From positions 9,094-73,093 of the forward strand of contig JALHRS010000016.1 of the NCBI GenBank assembly GCA_022841325.1: a stretch of DNA of 64,000 nucleotides, given 5' to 3'. Positions within the stretch are counted from its first letter, which is position 1; every line of letters begins with the position of its first letter. Origin of the DNA: Lysobacterales bacterium. GTDB taxonomy: Bacteria > Pseudomonadota > Gammaproteobacteria > Xanthomonadales > SZUA-5. A program made the position numbers and the translations under genes. The notes beneath the pieces were generated by a model. It was not told the DNA's origin, searched no databases, and saw nothing but the letters and a program-made list of their open reading frames with translations. This document shows, one piece after another, positions 35,658-44,686 of the stretch.

Positions 35658-36722
35658 ATGGCAGATGCCGACAACAATGATCTCTCGCTGCTGGGTTCCG
35701 CACCGGCTTTCGCCGAGGTGATGGAACAGGTGTCGCGGGCGGCGCCGCTGGACCGGCCGGTGCTGGTGATCGGCGAACGCGGCACCGGCAAGGAGCTGGT
35801 CGCGGCGCGCCTGCACTTTCTGTCCCGGCGCTGGGATCGACCCTTCGTCAAGATGAATTGCGCCACGCTGGCGGAGTCCTTGCTGGAAACCGAGCTCTTC
35901 GGTCACGAGGCCGGCGCTTTCACCGGCGCCACGCGCCGCCATTTCGGACGTTTCGAGATCGCTCATGAAGGCAGCCTGTTTCTGGACGAACTGGCCAATG
36001 CCTCGCAGCGGGTGCAGGAGAAGATCCTGCGGGTGATCGAATATGGCGAATTCGAGCGCGTCGGCGGCCGCGAGACCATCCGCACCAACGTGCGCCTGAT
36101 TGCGGCTACCAACCTCGACCTGCCGAGCGAAGCGGCTGCCGGTCGCTTCCGCGAGGATCTGCTCGATCGGCTGGCCTTCGATGTGATCACGCTGCCGCCC
36201 TTGCGGGCCCGGCAGGAGGACATCCTGCTGCTGGCCGAGCACTTCGCCACGCGCATGAGCCAGGAGCTCAGGCGCGATCTCTTTCCCGGATTCAGTCAGC
36301 GCGCCCAGGCGCAGCTGCGTGAGTATCCGTGGCCGGGCAATGTGCGCGAGTTGCGCAATGTGGTCGAGCGCGCGGTCTACCGCATGGACGATCTCGACGA
36401 GGAGATCGACGACATCGGCTTCAATCCCTTCGAGTCGCCGTGGCGACCGCCGTCGCGAAAGCTGAGTGATGATGGCAGCCCGGCATCATCGCCGTCAGCC
36501 GCGGTCGAGACTCGCCCGGAGCAGGATGCAGTACCGGAGCTCCCCGCCGATTTCCGCGCCGAGATCGAGCGCTTCGAAATTGGCTGGCTGGAAGCGGCCA
36601 TGCAGCAGGCCCGTTTCAACCAGCGCAAGGCCGCCGAGCTGCTGGGCCTGAGCTACCACCAGCTGCGCGGCTATCTGCGCAAGTACAAGCTGGTGGGTGG
36701 CGGTGAAGAGGATGATGCCTAG
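35658..36722 (+). CDS. pspF: sigma-54-dependent activator PspF (AAA+ plus HTH, no receiver domain)
   Basis: Start moved to the ATG at 35658. Colinear with my recollection of E. coli PspF: VIGERGTGKE, ELFGHEAGAFTGA, LFLDEL, WPGNVRELRN, and C-terminal NQRKAAELLGLSYHQLRGYLRKY. Confidence 0.8.
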   Translation: MADADNNDLSLLGSAPAFAEVMEQVSRAAPLDRPVLVIGERGTGKELVAARLHFLSRRWDRPFVKMNCATLAESLLETELFGHEAGAFTGATRRHFGRFEIAHEGSLFLDELANASQRVQEKILRVIEYGEFERVGGRETIRTNVRLIAATNLDLPSEAAAGRFREDLLDRLAFDVITLPPLRARQEDILLLAEHFATRMSQELRRDLFPGFSQRAQAQLREYPWPGNVRELRNVVERAVYRMDDLDEEIDDIGFNPFESPWRPPSRKLSDDGSPASSPSAAVETRPEQDAVPELPADFRAEIERFEIGWLEAAMQQARFNQRKAAELLGLSYHQLRGYLRKYKLVGGGEEDDA

Positions 36723-36734
36723 CCGCCAGCGGCT

Positions 36735-36773
36735 TTGAAGAGGGTCGCGCGCCTGCGCGACCGCTGTTGATTC
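36735..36773. repeat. family S palindrome
   Basis: ttgaagagggtcgcgcgcctgcgcgaccgctgttgattc, 13 nt after the pspF stop. Confidence 0.8.
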
Positions 36774-36832
36774 GAGCAGGCACGACAGCGGCGCCGCGGC
36801 GCGGCGCCGTCCGCCGGCAGTCGTCGGTGTGC

Positions 36833-37420
36833 TCAGGCGATCTTGCAAACCTCGTCGAAGTCGAAGCGAGGACCGCGCGGATGCAGCTTGCTGGCGTCGC
36901 CATAGCCCAGATTGACCAGGAAGTTGGAGCGTACTTCGGTGCCGGCAAAAAACTCGGCATCGACCAGAGCATTGTTGAATCCGGACATGGGGCCGCAGTC
37001 CAGTCCCAGCGCGCGCGCGGCGATGATCAGATAGGCGCCCTGCAGTGTGCCGTTGCGGAAGCCGCCGGTCTGGATGGCCTCGGGCTTGCCGGCAAACCAG
37101 CTGCGGGCGCTCTGATCGTGCGGAAACAGGCGTGGCATGTGCTCGTAGAAGGCATAGTCCCAGGCCACGATGGCGGTGACCGGCGCGGCCATGGTCTTGT
37201 TGACGTTGCCCTGGTCGAGTGCAGGCTTCAGTCGCTCCTTGGCGGCGGGCGACTTCACGAAGACAAAGCGGGCCGGCGAGCAATTGGCGCTGGTCGGGCC
37301 CCATTTCAGCAGTTCGAACAGTTGCTTCAGCGTCTCATCGCTGACTGCCTTGTCCTGCCAGGCCGTGTGTGTGCGGGCTTTGGTGAAAATCTGGGCGAGG
37401 GCGTCGTCGTTCAAGGCCAT
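36833..37420 (-). CDS. nitroreductase-family protein (RutE/malonic semialdehyde reductase-like)
   Basis: Start moved to the ATG at 37420 (AGGA upstream). Pattern ..[38 protein letters not shown].. Confidence 0.75.
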   Translation of the reverse strand: MALNDDALAQIFTKARTHTAWQDKAVSDETLKQLFELLKWGPTSANCSPARFVFVKSPAAKERLKPALDQGNVNKTMAAPVTAIVAWDYAFYEHMPRLFPHDQSARSWFAGKPEAIQTGGFRNGTLQGAYLIIAARALGLDCGPMSGFNNALVDAEFFAGTEVRSNFLVNLGYGDASKLHPRGPRFDFDEVCKIA

Positions 37421-37522
37421 GACCAATCCTGGATGCGAAAAGAACCCCATCATAGCGGTCCGGCATGAAAGTGCTTGTGAGCATCACTTGGCAAGCGTCG
37501 CGCAACTGGCGATCCTGCGCCT

Positions 37523-38479
37523 ATGGAGCTAGCCCCAACCTTGACCATCTACAGCGACGGTGCCGCCGGCAACGAGTTGCCGGCGCTGGCGCTGGCTGGC
37601 GCGCTCAGTAGCGAGCCGGCGAGCTGCGTGCGGCTGCGCGCGCCCTGGCCACAGTCGCTGTGGCTGCCCCATGGCCCGATTCTGAACCCGACGCGCTGGC
37701 AGCCGCCGCTGGATACGCAGGCCTGGCCAGAGCTCGCGATCGGCGCCGGACGCATCGGCGCGGCCGCCTTGCTCAGCGTCCGCCGCGCCAGCCAGGGCCA
37801 GACCCGCACGATCCAGATCCTCGATCCGCGCATCCATCCGGCGCGCTACGACATCGTGATCGCTCCCGCCCATGACCGCTTGAGCGGGCCCAATGTGGTC
37901 GTGATCGAGGGTTCGCTGCACGCCATCAACGACGCCTGGATTCGCCGCGAGCGACTGGCACACGCGCCGCTCGGGCGATTGCCCTCACCGCGTACCGTGG
38001 TGCTGATCGGCGGTCGCCGCCGCGGCGTGAAGCTCGGCCACAAGGACATCGAGCGGCTGGCCGAGACCTTGCAGAACTGGCGCAACCGGGATGGCGGCAG
38101 CCTGCTGCTGCTGGGTTCCAGGCGCACACCCAAAGCCTGGCAGGATGCGTTGCGGCGGGCGCTGCCACAGGCGAATCTGCGCTGGTTCAGCGCCGCCGAT
38201 GGCGACAATCCCTACCGTGGGGCGATCGCCTGGGGTGATCGTTTCATCGTCAGCGCCGACTCGGTGAACATGCTGAGCGAGGCTCTCGGAACCGGGCAGC
38301 CGGTCTACAGCCTGTGTGCCGGCGTACCGGCGGGCAAGCTCGGTGTATTCCATCGTGGGCTGGTCGAATCCGGCCGCCTGCGCCCGCTGCGCGCCGAGCC
38401 CGCTGTCTGGACTTACCCGCCGCTGCGGGAGCTGGAGCGGATAGTGCCGCTGGTGCGGGAGATGCTGTCGCGGGCTTAA
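37523..38479 (+). CDS. ELM1/GtrOC1-like putative glycosyltransferase (DUF1022)
   Basis: 318 aa. The pattern ..ILDPRIHPARYDIVIAPAHD....NVVVIEGSLH is recalled from the ELM1 family. Confidence 0.6.
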   Translation: MELAPTLTIYSDGAAGNELPALALAGALSSEPASCVRLRAPWPQSLWLPHGPILNPTRWQPPLDTQAWPELAIGAGRIGAAALLSVRRASQGQTRTIQILDPRIHPARYDIVIAPAHDRLSGPNVVVIEGSLHAINDAWIRRERLAHAPLGRLPSPRTVVLIGGRRRGVKLGHKDIERLAETLQNWRNRDGGSLLLLGSRRTPKAWQDALRRALPQANLRWFSAADGDNPYRGAIAWGDRFIVSADSVNMLSEALGTGQPVYSLCAGVPAGKLGVFHRGLVESGRLRPLRAEPAVWTYPPLRELERIVPLVREMLSRA

Positions 38480-38522
38480 GGGGTAGGGCAGGCAAGCACC
38501 GGACATTGCTTTGCTGCGTTTT

Positions 38523-38648
38523 CCATGAACCCTTGTCGTTAATTGTTGATGCGTCATTGCGAGGAGCGCAGCGACGAAGCAATCCAGTGCTTCTGCGGCT
38601 GTGGCTCTGGATTGCTTCCCCCGGATCAAGCCCGGGGTCGCAATGACG
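38523..38648. repeat. family T module fused to a family R element (opposite orientation to 6424-6548)
   Basis: ccatgaacccttgtcgttaattgttgatg followed by cgtcattgcgagg ... ccccggatcaagcccggggtcgcaatgacg. Confidence 0.8.
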
Positions 38649-38666
38649 CCGGGGTTGATGGCGCGG

Positions 38667-39677
38667 CTACTCCACCGGCAGATAGACCACACTGATCAAC
38701 TGGTCTTCAGGGGTTTCGCCGGGATCGCTGACGAACTCGGTGTAGACGCGATCATGGGCCTTGAGCTTGTGCACGGCGATGTAGGCCTCGCCCTGGTTCT
38801 GCGCCTCGCCCAGGCCGGCGTAGGCGCCGACGTAGCGCACGCGCACGGCGCGACCGGCGTAGGTCTGACCGGCTTGCACCGGGGCCTGCAGTTCGATATC
38901 GGTGCGCTCCACCGGGATGGCAGCATCAAAACCGTAGCCGCGTTCGTCCCAGTAGTTGTCGATACCGAGCACTGGGCCGGCGGGGACCAGCTCTGCGGCG
39001 TTCATCAGTGGCAGGATCATTCCGTAGGCATCGGCATAGGCCTTGGAGATGGCGTCCAGTTCCTGGCTGCTGGTCGCGGTGACGTACAGGATCGGCCGCG
39101 CCGTGACCTCGATGACTTCGATATCCGCGCCGGCAATATCGGTATTCGGGAAGGTCTCGACCAGTGCCTTCAGCTTGGCCAGACCTTTTTCGTAATCGGC
39201 ACCGACGAAGCGGTCCATCAGCAAGCCGAAATAGCGGCCGACCAGGTCGTAGCCAAAGTCGGTCTGAAAGCCCCAGGTCACCCGCGTACCCGAACCTTCC
39301 GGTGCCAGATTCAATTCGACCTTCGCCACGCCCATTTCGCCGAAGTCCAGATCGGTGGCAATGCGCGAATCGGGCTCGCTGGCGGTGATGGTCTGGATGC
39401 CGACGCCCACCGCCTCATTGCCCTTCCATTCCATGCGTGCGCCGACCCCGCTGGGCGAGCCGCTGTAGCTGTACTCAGCGGCCGGATCGAGTCCGTACCA
39501 GGGCGACCACTCGTTGAAGCGCTCGAAGGAATTCAGTACCGGAAAGATCAGACTGGCCGGGCGGTCGATGACAATGGAGCGCTCGACTTGCGCGCTGGAG
39601 GGAAGAAACAGGCCGACGATCGCCAGAATCACGATCAGACCGACGATGCCGATGAACAAGCCTTTGAGCACTTTCAC
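38667..39677 (-). CDS. membrane-anchored SRPBCC domain plus GyrI-like ligand-binding domain protein
   Basis: N-terminal TM helix, an SRPBCC-like segment (VERSIVIDRPASLIFPVLNSFERFNEWSPW), and a C-terminal GyrI-like half. GTG start. Confidence 0.55.
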   Translation of the reverse strand: MKVLKGLFIGIVGLIVILAIVGLFLPSSAQVERSIVIDRPASLIFPVLNSFERFNEWSPWYGLDPAAEYSYSGSPSGVGARMEWKGNEAVGVGIQTITASEPDSRIATDLDFGEMGVAKVELNLAPEGSGTRVTWGFQTDFGYDLVGRYFGLLMDRFVGADYEKGLAKLKALVETFPNTDIAGADIEVIEVTARPILYVTATSSQELDAISKAYADAYGMILPLMNAAELVPAGPVLGIDNYWDERGYGFDAAIPVERTDIELQAPVQAGQTYAGRAVRVRYVGAYAGLGEAQNQGEAYIAVHKLKAHDRVYTEFVSDPGETPEDQLISVVYLPVE

Positions 39678-39734
39678 GGGATCAGCCCTCGGATAGCGGG
39701 AATCGGCAGTTTACGAGATGTGAGGGCAGTGTGC

Positions 39735-39937
39735 AGGGGTCCGGGGAGTGGGGAAAGGGGCAGGGGGCACGGGCAGGAGGCACGGGCGTGACGATGCTCG
39801 GCTGTTGTGGGTCCGGACTTGTCCGGACGCTCTTGCTCATTGTCTGCCAGAAGCGTCCAGACAAGTCTGGACCTACAAGAGCCGGAAGCCCGTAGCTTTT
39901 TCGTGCCCCGTGCCCCGTGCCCCGTGCCCCGTGCCCC
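39735..39937. repeat. heptamer-armed composite palindromic element (copy F)
   Basis: G-rich degenerate left arm (ggggtccggggagtggggaaaggggcagggggcacgggcagg..). P inverted pair at 39807-39830 and 39853-39876. Right arm gtagcttttt followed by (gtgcccc)x5 at 39903-39937. Confidence 0.85.
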
Positions 39938-39950
39938 TCTTCCGCGCTCG

Positions 39951-42900
39951 CTACCGCCCCCGATCCAGGATCTGCGCCAGCGCGGTGCGGGCTGCGTCGA
40001 AGGAGAAATGCGACTGGATATTGGCCAGACCGGCATCCGACAGCTGCAGCCAGAGTTCGGCATCCTGGTACAGCCGGATCACGGCATCGGCAAGATCATC
40101 GGGGTTTTCGGCGACCAGCGCTTCCTTACCTTCGACGATCTCCATGCCTTCGACGGCGATCGGCGTGGCCACGACCGGCTGGCCGTAGGCCATGCTCTGG
40201 TTGACCTTGCCCTTGACCCCGGCGCCGTAGCGCAAGGGCGCCACGCTGATGCGGCAGCCGTCGAGGAAGCGGCTGATGTCCTCGACAAAGCCGTGGACCT
40301 CGATGCCGTTGCCGGCCAGTGCTTCCACCTCGGCGGTGATCTTGCTGCCGACGATATGGAAGCGCAGTTCGGGCAGGGTCTGACGCACCCGCGGCCAGAT
40401 TGCCCGGGCAAACCACAGCACAGCGTCGACGTTGGGCTGGTGCTGGAAACCGCCGACAAACCAGATGTCCTTGCGCTCGGCAAATCCGGCGCGGCGTCCT
40501 GCCACCTGGTGAATGTTGGAGAGCACTTCCACGCGCTGACCGGGTGCCTCGCGGGAGAGCAGTTCCTGCTCGACCGGGCTGACCACCAGCGTGACATCGC
40601 AGCGCCGGATCAGTTCGAGTTCGGCTTCACGGGTGACCCCGGCCTGCCTTGCCAGAGCCTCGCTGCCGGCGACGGCCGCAGCGCGCTGCTCGCGCAGATA
40701 GTGCAGGTCCACGGTATCGAACAGCAGCAGTGCCTGGGGCGCATGTTCGCGGGCCAGATCCACGTACTGGCAGGCGACGTAGTGGCGACTGAGCATGATG
40801 GCGTCGAACTGCGGGCCGCGCTCGCGGAAGAAGCTGACCGGATCACTGAGCCAGGGATGGAATTGCACCTCTACGCCCAGCGCCCGCAAGGCGTCGGTAT
40901 AGCCGGGCACGTAGGCGCGATTGTCGGCAAAGAAGGTGCATTGCCAGCCGATCGAACGCAACACCCGGATCAGATTGATGTAGCGCACCGAGCCCGAATC
41001 CTGATCGGGCGTGGGTGTGGTGGCATCGATCAGCAACATGCGGCCGCGGGCGCGATGGGTGGCGGCGCGCCAGATACCGGCGTGGTCGGTCGGCGCCGGT
41101 TGTCTGGCCAGATCGTCCTTCCAGCGTTCCAGGAACTTGCCCTGGTTGATCACCTGGTAGCGCTTGGTGCCGCTGCTGGTGTCGGTGCCTCCGGTGATGC
41201 CCTCGAAATGGACCACGCGTGATGCCGGCTGGTAGATGACGCGCAAGCCGCGGCTGCGCACCTTGAAGGCCAGATCGGTGTCTTCGTAGTAGGCGGGCTT
41301 GTACAGACTGTCGAAGCCGCCAAACTCCTCGAACAGGGACTTGCGGATCATGATCGCCGCGCCCGAGCAGTAATCGGCCTCGCGCGGATAGTCGTAGCGG
41401 GGATCGTCGGGGTGATCGAAGCGGCCATAGTTCCAGCCCGAGCCATCGTTGAACACGATGCCGCCGGCTTCCTGCAGCCGGCCATCGGGATACACCAGCT
41501 TGGAACCCACCAGACCGACGTCGCTGAACTCCTCGAAGCTGCGCAGCAGCGGTTCCAGCCAGCCCGGCTGTACCGCGGTGTCATTGTTCAGGAAGAACAG
41601 ATACTCGCCGCGAGCCAGTTCGGCGCCGGCATTGCAGGCGCCAATGAAACCGAGGTTCTGCGGGTTCTTGTGGAAGCGCGCGCCGCTGATACGCGGCACT
41701 TCGCTGGCCGTGGCATCACTGCTGCCGTCATCGACGACGATGACCTCGAAAGCCGTCGCCGTCGCCGTGGCTGCCAGTGCCTGCAGACACTGCCAGGTAT
41801 GGTGCAGCTGGTTGTAGACCGGGACGATGATCGACACCAGCGGCTGCTCGCTGCCTGGCATCGGGAAGGGCTGGTAACTGACTGCCGGGGTCGGATGTTC
41901 GATCTGGCGCGGGGGCGCCGGTTGCTGCGACTGGTCCTTGAGTTCCTGGCGGGCGCGGGTCCAGGTAGCGCGAAGGCCGCGTCGGGCCAGGCTGCCACGA
42001 AAGCGGCGCAGCAGCGTCAGCAGGCGGCCCGTGCGAAAGCGCAGCGAGGCCCGAGCGCGCTTGAAGAACTGGCCAATCAGGCGCAGCGGTGCGGTCAGGC
42101 GCCAGCTGGTGCTGGAGAGCATCGCGGCGCGGTGTTCGGCCAGCGCATTGCGCTCGTGCTGGATGGTCTGCAGCCTGGATTGCAGTTGCGCATGTTCGGC
42201 CTCCAGTTCGGCGCGTGCCGCGTTGGCGCTCTGCTGTTCCTCACGCGCCAGTTGCAGCGAGAGACTGAGCTCGTCGATGCGCAGGTTCAGGGCCTCTTGT
42301 GCTGCTCGTGCTTCTTCCATCGCTCTCTCGAATTCGTCGGTCAGGCCCCGCAATCGGGATTCCAGATGCCTCTGGCGGGTTTCAGCCTCGACCACGCCCT
42401 GTTCGTGTATGCGTTCGCGTTCACCCAGCCATTGACGGGTGCGAGTCAGTTCCTGATCCAGCGACTGCGCCCAGCGGGTGCGTTCGCCGAGTTGCCGGCT
42501 CAGGTCGAATCCCCAGTCGGCACGCCGCACCAGTTCGGCATCCTGCTCCTCGATGCGCGCCTCGGCCTCGGTCAGCCTGAGTTTCTGGTCATTGACCGCA
42601 TCTGCCAGCAGCGACTGCTCCAGATCCGAGCTGTCGGCGCGCCTGACGGTATAGCGCAGCGGCTCCCGGGGGCCGCTGGGCAGCAATGGCAGATAATCGC
42701 TCGCCATTTCGTCCAGGCTGCGTGAGGGGCGCTTGCCCAACTCGCGCCGGATCTCGTTCAGCGGCCCCTGGTCGCGGGTCAGGGCTAGCAGCAGGGCCTG
42801 GATCTGATCGCAGTCGGGATCCACCAGGATGCCGCTGACACCGTCTTCGATGCGCTCGGCATAGGCGCCCAGACGGGTTGCGATCGGGGGAATTCCGAGC

Positions 42901-44522
42901 TCCCACAGTTCGCTCAGCGTATAGGAAAAGGTTTCGGATACCGTGCTCGGGAGCAGCGCCGCATGCGGCTTGATGCCGGCCACAATGGCCGGCAGCCGGG
43001 CATGGGCGTAGTCCAGCAGGATGTGCACGCCGGATACGCCGAACAGCGCTTCCGCAGCCTTGCCGGCACCGATCAGAAAGACGTCGATGGCGCCGTCCAG
43101 GCGCGGCAGCAGTTGCCGCAGCAGCTTCAGCCCCTTGGCATCGTTGATGCGGCCGAGCACCAGCAGTCGCAGGCGCCCCCCGCTGCTCAGTCTGGGTGCG
43201 ACGTCGGCGAGTTCGGCCCGCGCCGTGGCGACATCTGGCCAGGACGCGGTACCGTGCGCTATCCGTCGCTGCGCCAGGGTTTGCAGCCCCGGCGCCACGC
43301 GCTGCAGATTGATCAATACCGAGTTCGACGGCGCAATCACTTCGGCTGAGGCCTGCCGCAGCAGCTCAAGCGTCTTGGCGGCCATCGATTGCCACCAGGC
43401 AGCATCGAGTTCGGTGAAGGTGCCACCACGCATGGCGGCCAGGTCCTGATCCAGCTCTGCCGCGTCGAAGCGCGCCCCGGCATCGCCAAAATCGCGGTGC
43501 AGTGCCGGCCAGAAGGGGAAATAGTCATGCGCCATCCAGCGCAGCGGCAAAGCGCTGCGGAGCGCGTCGAGCGAGTGTCCGATCAGGGAGGACACCCAGA
43601 TCTGCTCCACCGCGTAGTCTTCGATGAGCCCCGACAGCAGTTCCGCATAGCCGGCATGGCTCTCGCAGATGGCACCGATGGAGGGCGTCAGCAGATGTCG
43701 GCGCAACACGGGCCCGCCGCGACCGTCCATGAGTTCCAGAAACTCACCGTGGCGTCGGCGCGAAGGATTGCCACTGGCACGCAGCAGCAAATGGTGTCGG
43801 CCGGAGTCGGCGCTGGCCAGGTCAAACACAAAGCGCTCGGCGCCGCCGCCCCACCCGTGCAGGATGTGCAAGACCACCGGACGCTCATCGCGGGTGGCTT
43901 GTGGCCAGAGGCCGGTGGCTTCAAGGCCTTGTTCATGCAGGCGTCGGCGTAACTGCGCCAGGGGATGTGCCGGCGCGCGTTCGCGGCGATCGGCGGGAGT
44001 CGCCAGTCCCACCACCGGCAGATCGGGCACGTGCACGTAGAGATGGTCGAGCACCGCGAGCGTGCCCTCGGCCCCGGCATCGGCTGCCAGGGCCAACAGC
44101 GCCGGCTGTTCGGCCTGCAGCTCGAAGCGCCGTCGCGCTCCCAGGGCAAAGATGGCGGCATCCAGCACTTCGGGCTGGTCTGCCCTGAGCTGGCAATCGG
44201 GCGCGGCGGCGGTCAGTTGCAGATCCAGATTGGTGGTTGCCGTGACCGGGCCGGCATGTCCCTGCGCACCTTTCAGCAGACGCGCCAGCGCATCGGTGGC
44301 CAGCCACAGACCGGCCCGGCGCACGCGCAGCAGCGCCCGCGGGCCATGTTTCAGGCGCAGCTCGCGCAGCTCGGCGCGCCAGTCGTCGGCAACCGGCAGT
44401 GTTTCGATCTGCAGATCCGACCGTCCAAGGGCCGCAACTGCCGCGCTCAAGGCAGTGCGGCAGTCCTCCGTGGGAAGTAGCAAGACCAGTCCCGGCGGGG
44501 ACATTGAAGCGTGTTCGGACAT
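39951..44522 (-). CDS. giant multidomain glycosyltransferase: GT4-like module, long coiled coil, GT2 module, GT4-like module
   Basis: 1523 aa. First GT4-like region at about residues 215-600 (..ETFSYTLSELWELGIP). Heptad-rich coil at about 635-805, ending in STSWRLTAPLR. GT2 module (VSIIVPVYNQ, VDDGSSD, FLNNDT, YYEDTDL). C-terminal GT4-like module (..GAGVKGKVNQSMAYGQPVVAT). Confidence 0.8.
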   Translation of the reverse strand: MSEHASMSPPGLVLLLPTEDCRTALSAAVAALGRSDLQIETLPVADDWRAELRELRLKHGPRALLRVRRAGLWLATDALARLLKGAQGHAGPVTATTNLDLQLTAAAPDCQLRADQPEVLDAAIFALGARRRFELQAEQPALLALAADAGAEGTLAVLDHLYVHVPDLPVVGLATPADRRERAPAHPLAQLRRRLHEQGLEATGLWPQATRDERPVVLHILHGWGGGAERFVFDLASADSGRHHLLLRASGNPSRRRHGEFLELMDGRGGPVLRRHLLTPSIGAICESHAGYAELLSGLIEDYAVEQIWVSSLIGHSLDALRSALPLRWMAHDYFPFWPALHRDFGDAGARFDAAELDQDLAAMRGGTFTELDAAWWQSMAAKTLELLRQASAEVIAPSNSVLINLQRVAPGLQTLAQRRIAHGTASWPDVATARAELADVAPRLSSGGRLRLLVLGRINDAKGLKLLRQLLPRLDGAIDVFLIGAGKAAEALFGVSGVHILLDYAHARLPAIVAGIKPHAALLPSTVSETFSYTLSELWELGIPPIATRLGAYAERIEDGVSGILVDPDCDQIQALLLALTRDQGPLNEIRRELGKRPSRSLDEMASDYLPLLPSGPREPLRYTVRRADSSDLEQSLLADAVNDQKLRLTEAEARIEEQDAELVRRADWGFDLSRQLGERTRWAQSLDQELTRTRQWLGERERIHEQGVVEAETRQRHLESRLRGLTDEFERAMEEARAAQEALNLRIDELSLSLQLAREEQQSANAARAELEAEHAQLQSRLQTIQHERNALAEHRAAMLSSTSWRLTAPLRLIGQFFKRARASLRFRTGRLLTLLRRFRGSLARRGLRATWTRARQELKDQSQQPAPPRQIEHPTPAVSYQPFPMPGSEQPLVSIIVPVYNQLHHTWQCLQALAATATATAFEVIVVDDGSSDATASEVPRISGARFHKNPQNLGFIGACNAGAELARGEYLFFLNNDTAVQPGWLEPLLRSFEEFSDVGLVGSKLVYPDGRLQEAGGIVFNDGSGWNYGRFDHPDDPRYDYPREADYCSGAAIMIRKSLFEEFGGFDSLYKPAYYEDTDLAFKVRSRGLRVIYQPASRVVHFEGITGGTDTSSGTKRYQVINQGKFLERWKDDLARQPAPTDHAGIWRAATHRARGRMLLIDATTPTPDQDSGSVRYINLIRVLRSIGWQCTFFADNRAYVPGYTDALRALGVEVQFHPWLSDPVSFFRERGPQFDAIMLSRHYVACQYVDLAREHAPQALLLFDTVDLHYLREQRAAAVAGSEALARQAGVTREAELELIRRCDVTLVVSPVEQELLSREAPGQRVEVLSNIHQVAGRRAGFAERKDIWFVGGFQHQPNVDAVLWFARAIWPRVRQTLPELRFHIVGSKITAEVEALAGNGIEVHGFVEDISRFLDGCRISVAPLRYGAGVKGKVNQSMAYGQPVVATPIAVEGMEIVEGKEALVAENPDDLADAVIRLYQDAELWLQLSDAGLANIQSHFSFDAARTALAQILDRGR

Positions 44523-44686
44523 TCGATGTGGGTCGTCTGGCGAAGCCGCAGCTGCCCGCAGGGCAGGCCGGCCTCGGTCGTGGGGCGCGGATTATCCCGC
44601 ATTTCTTCCGTGTGTTGAGGGCCTGCCCGGTAATCGCCCGCAGCGGGCCGTTCGCTGTCGGCATCGCTCCGCTTATGCTCGCCACC

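Noticed and set aside
37489-37504. Sigma-54-like promoter TGGCAA-N5-GCGCA (GG-N10-GC spacing) upstream of the ELM1-like gene, about 770 bp downstream of the pspF stop.
   Set aside because: It lacks the conserved TTGC of the -12 element and would leave a leader of only about 8 nt. GG-N10-GC occurs often by chance in GC-rich DNA. No upstream enhancer-like inverted repeat seen.
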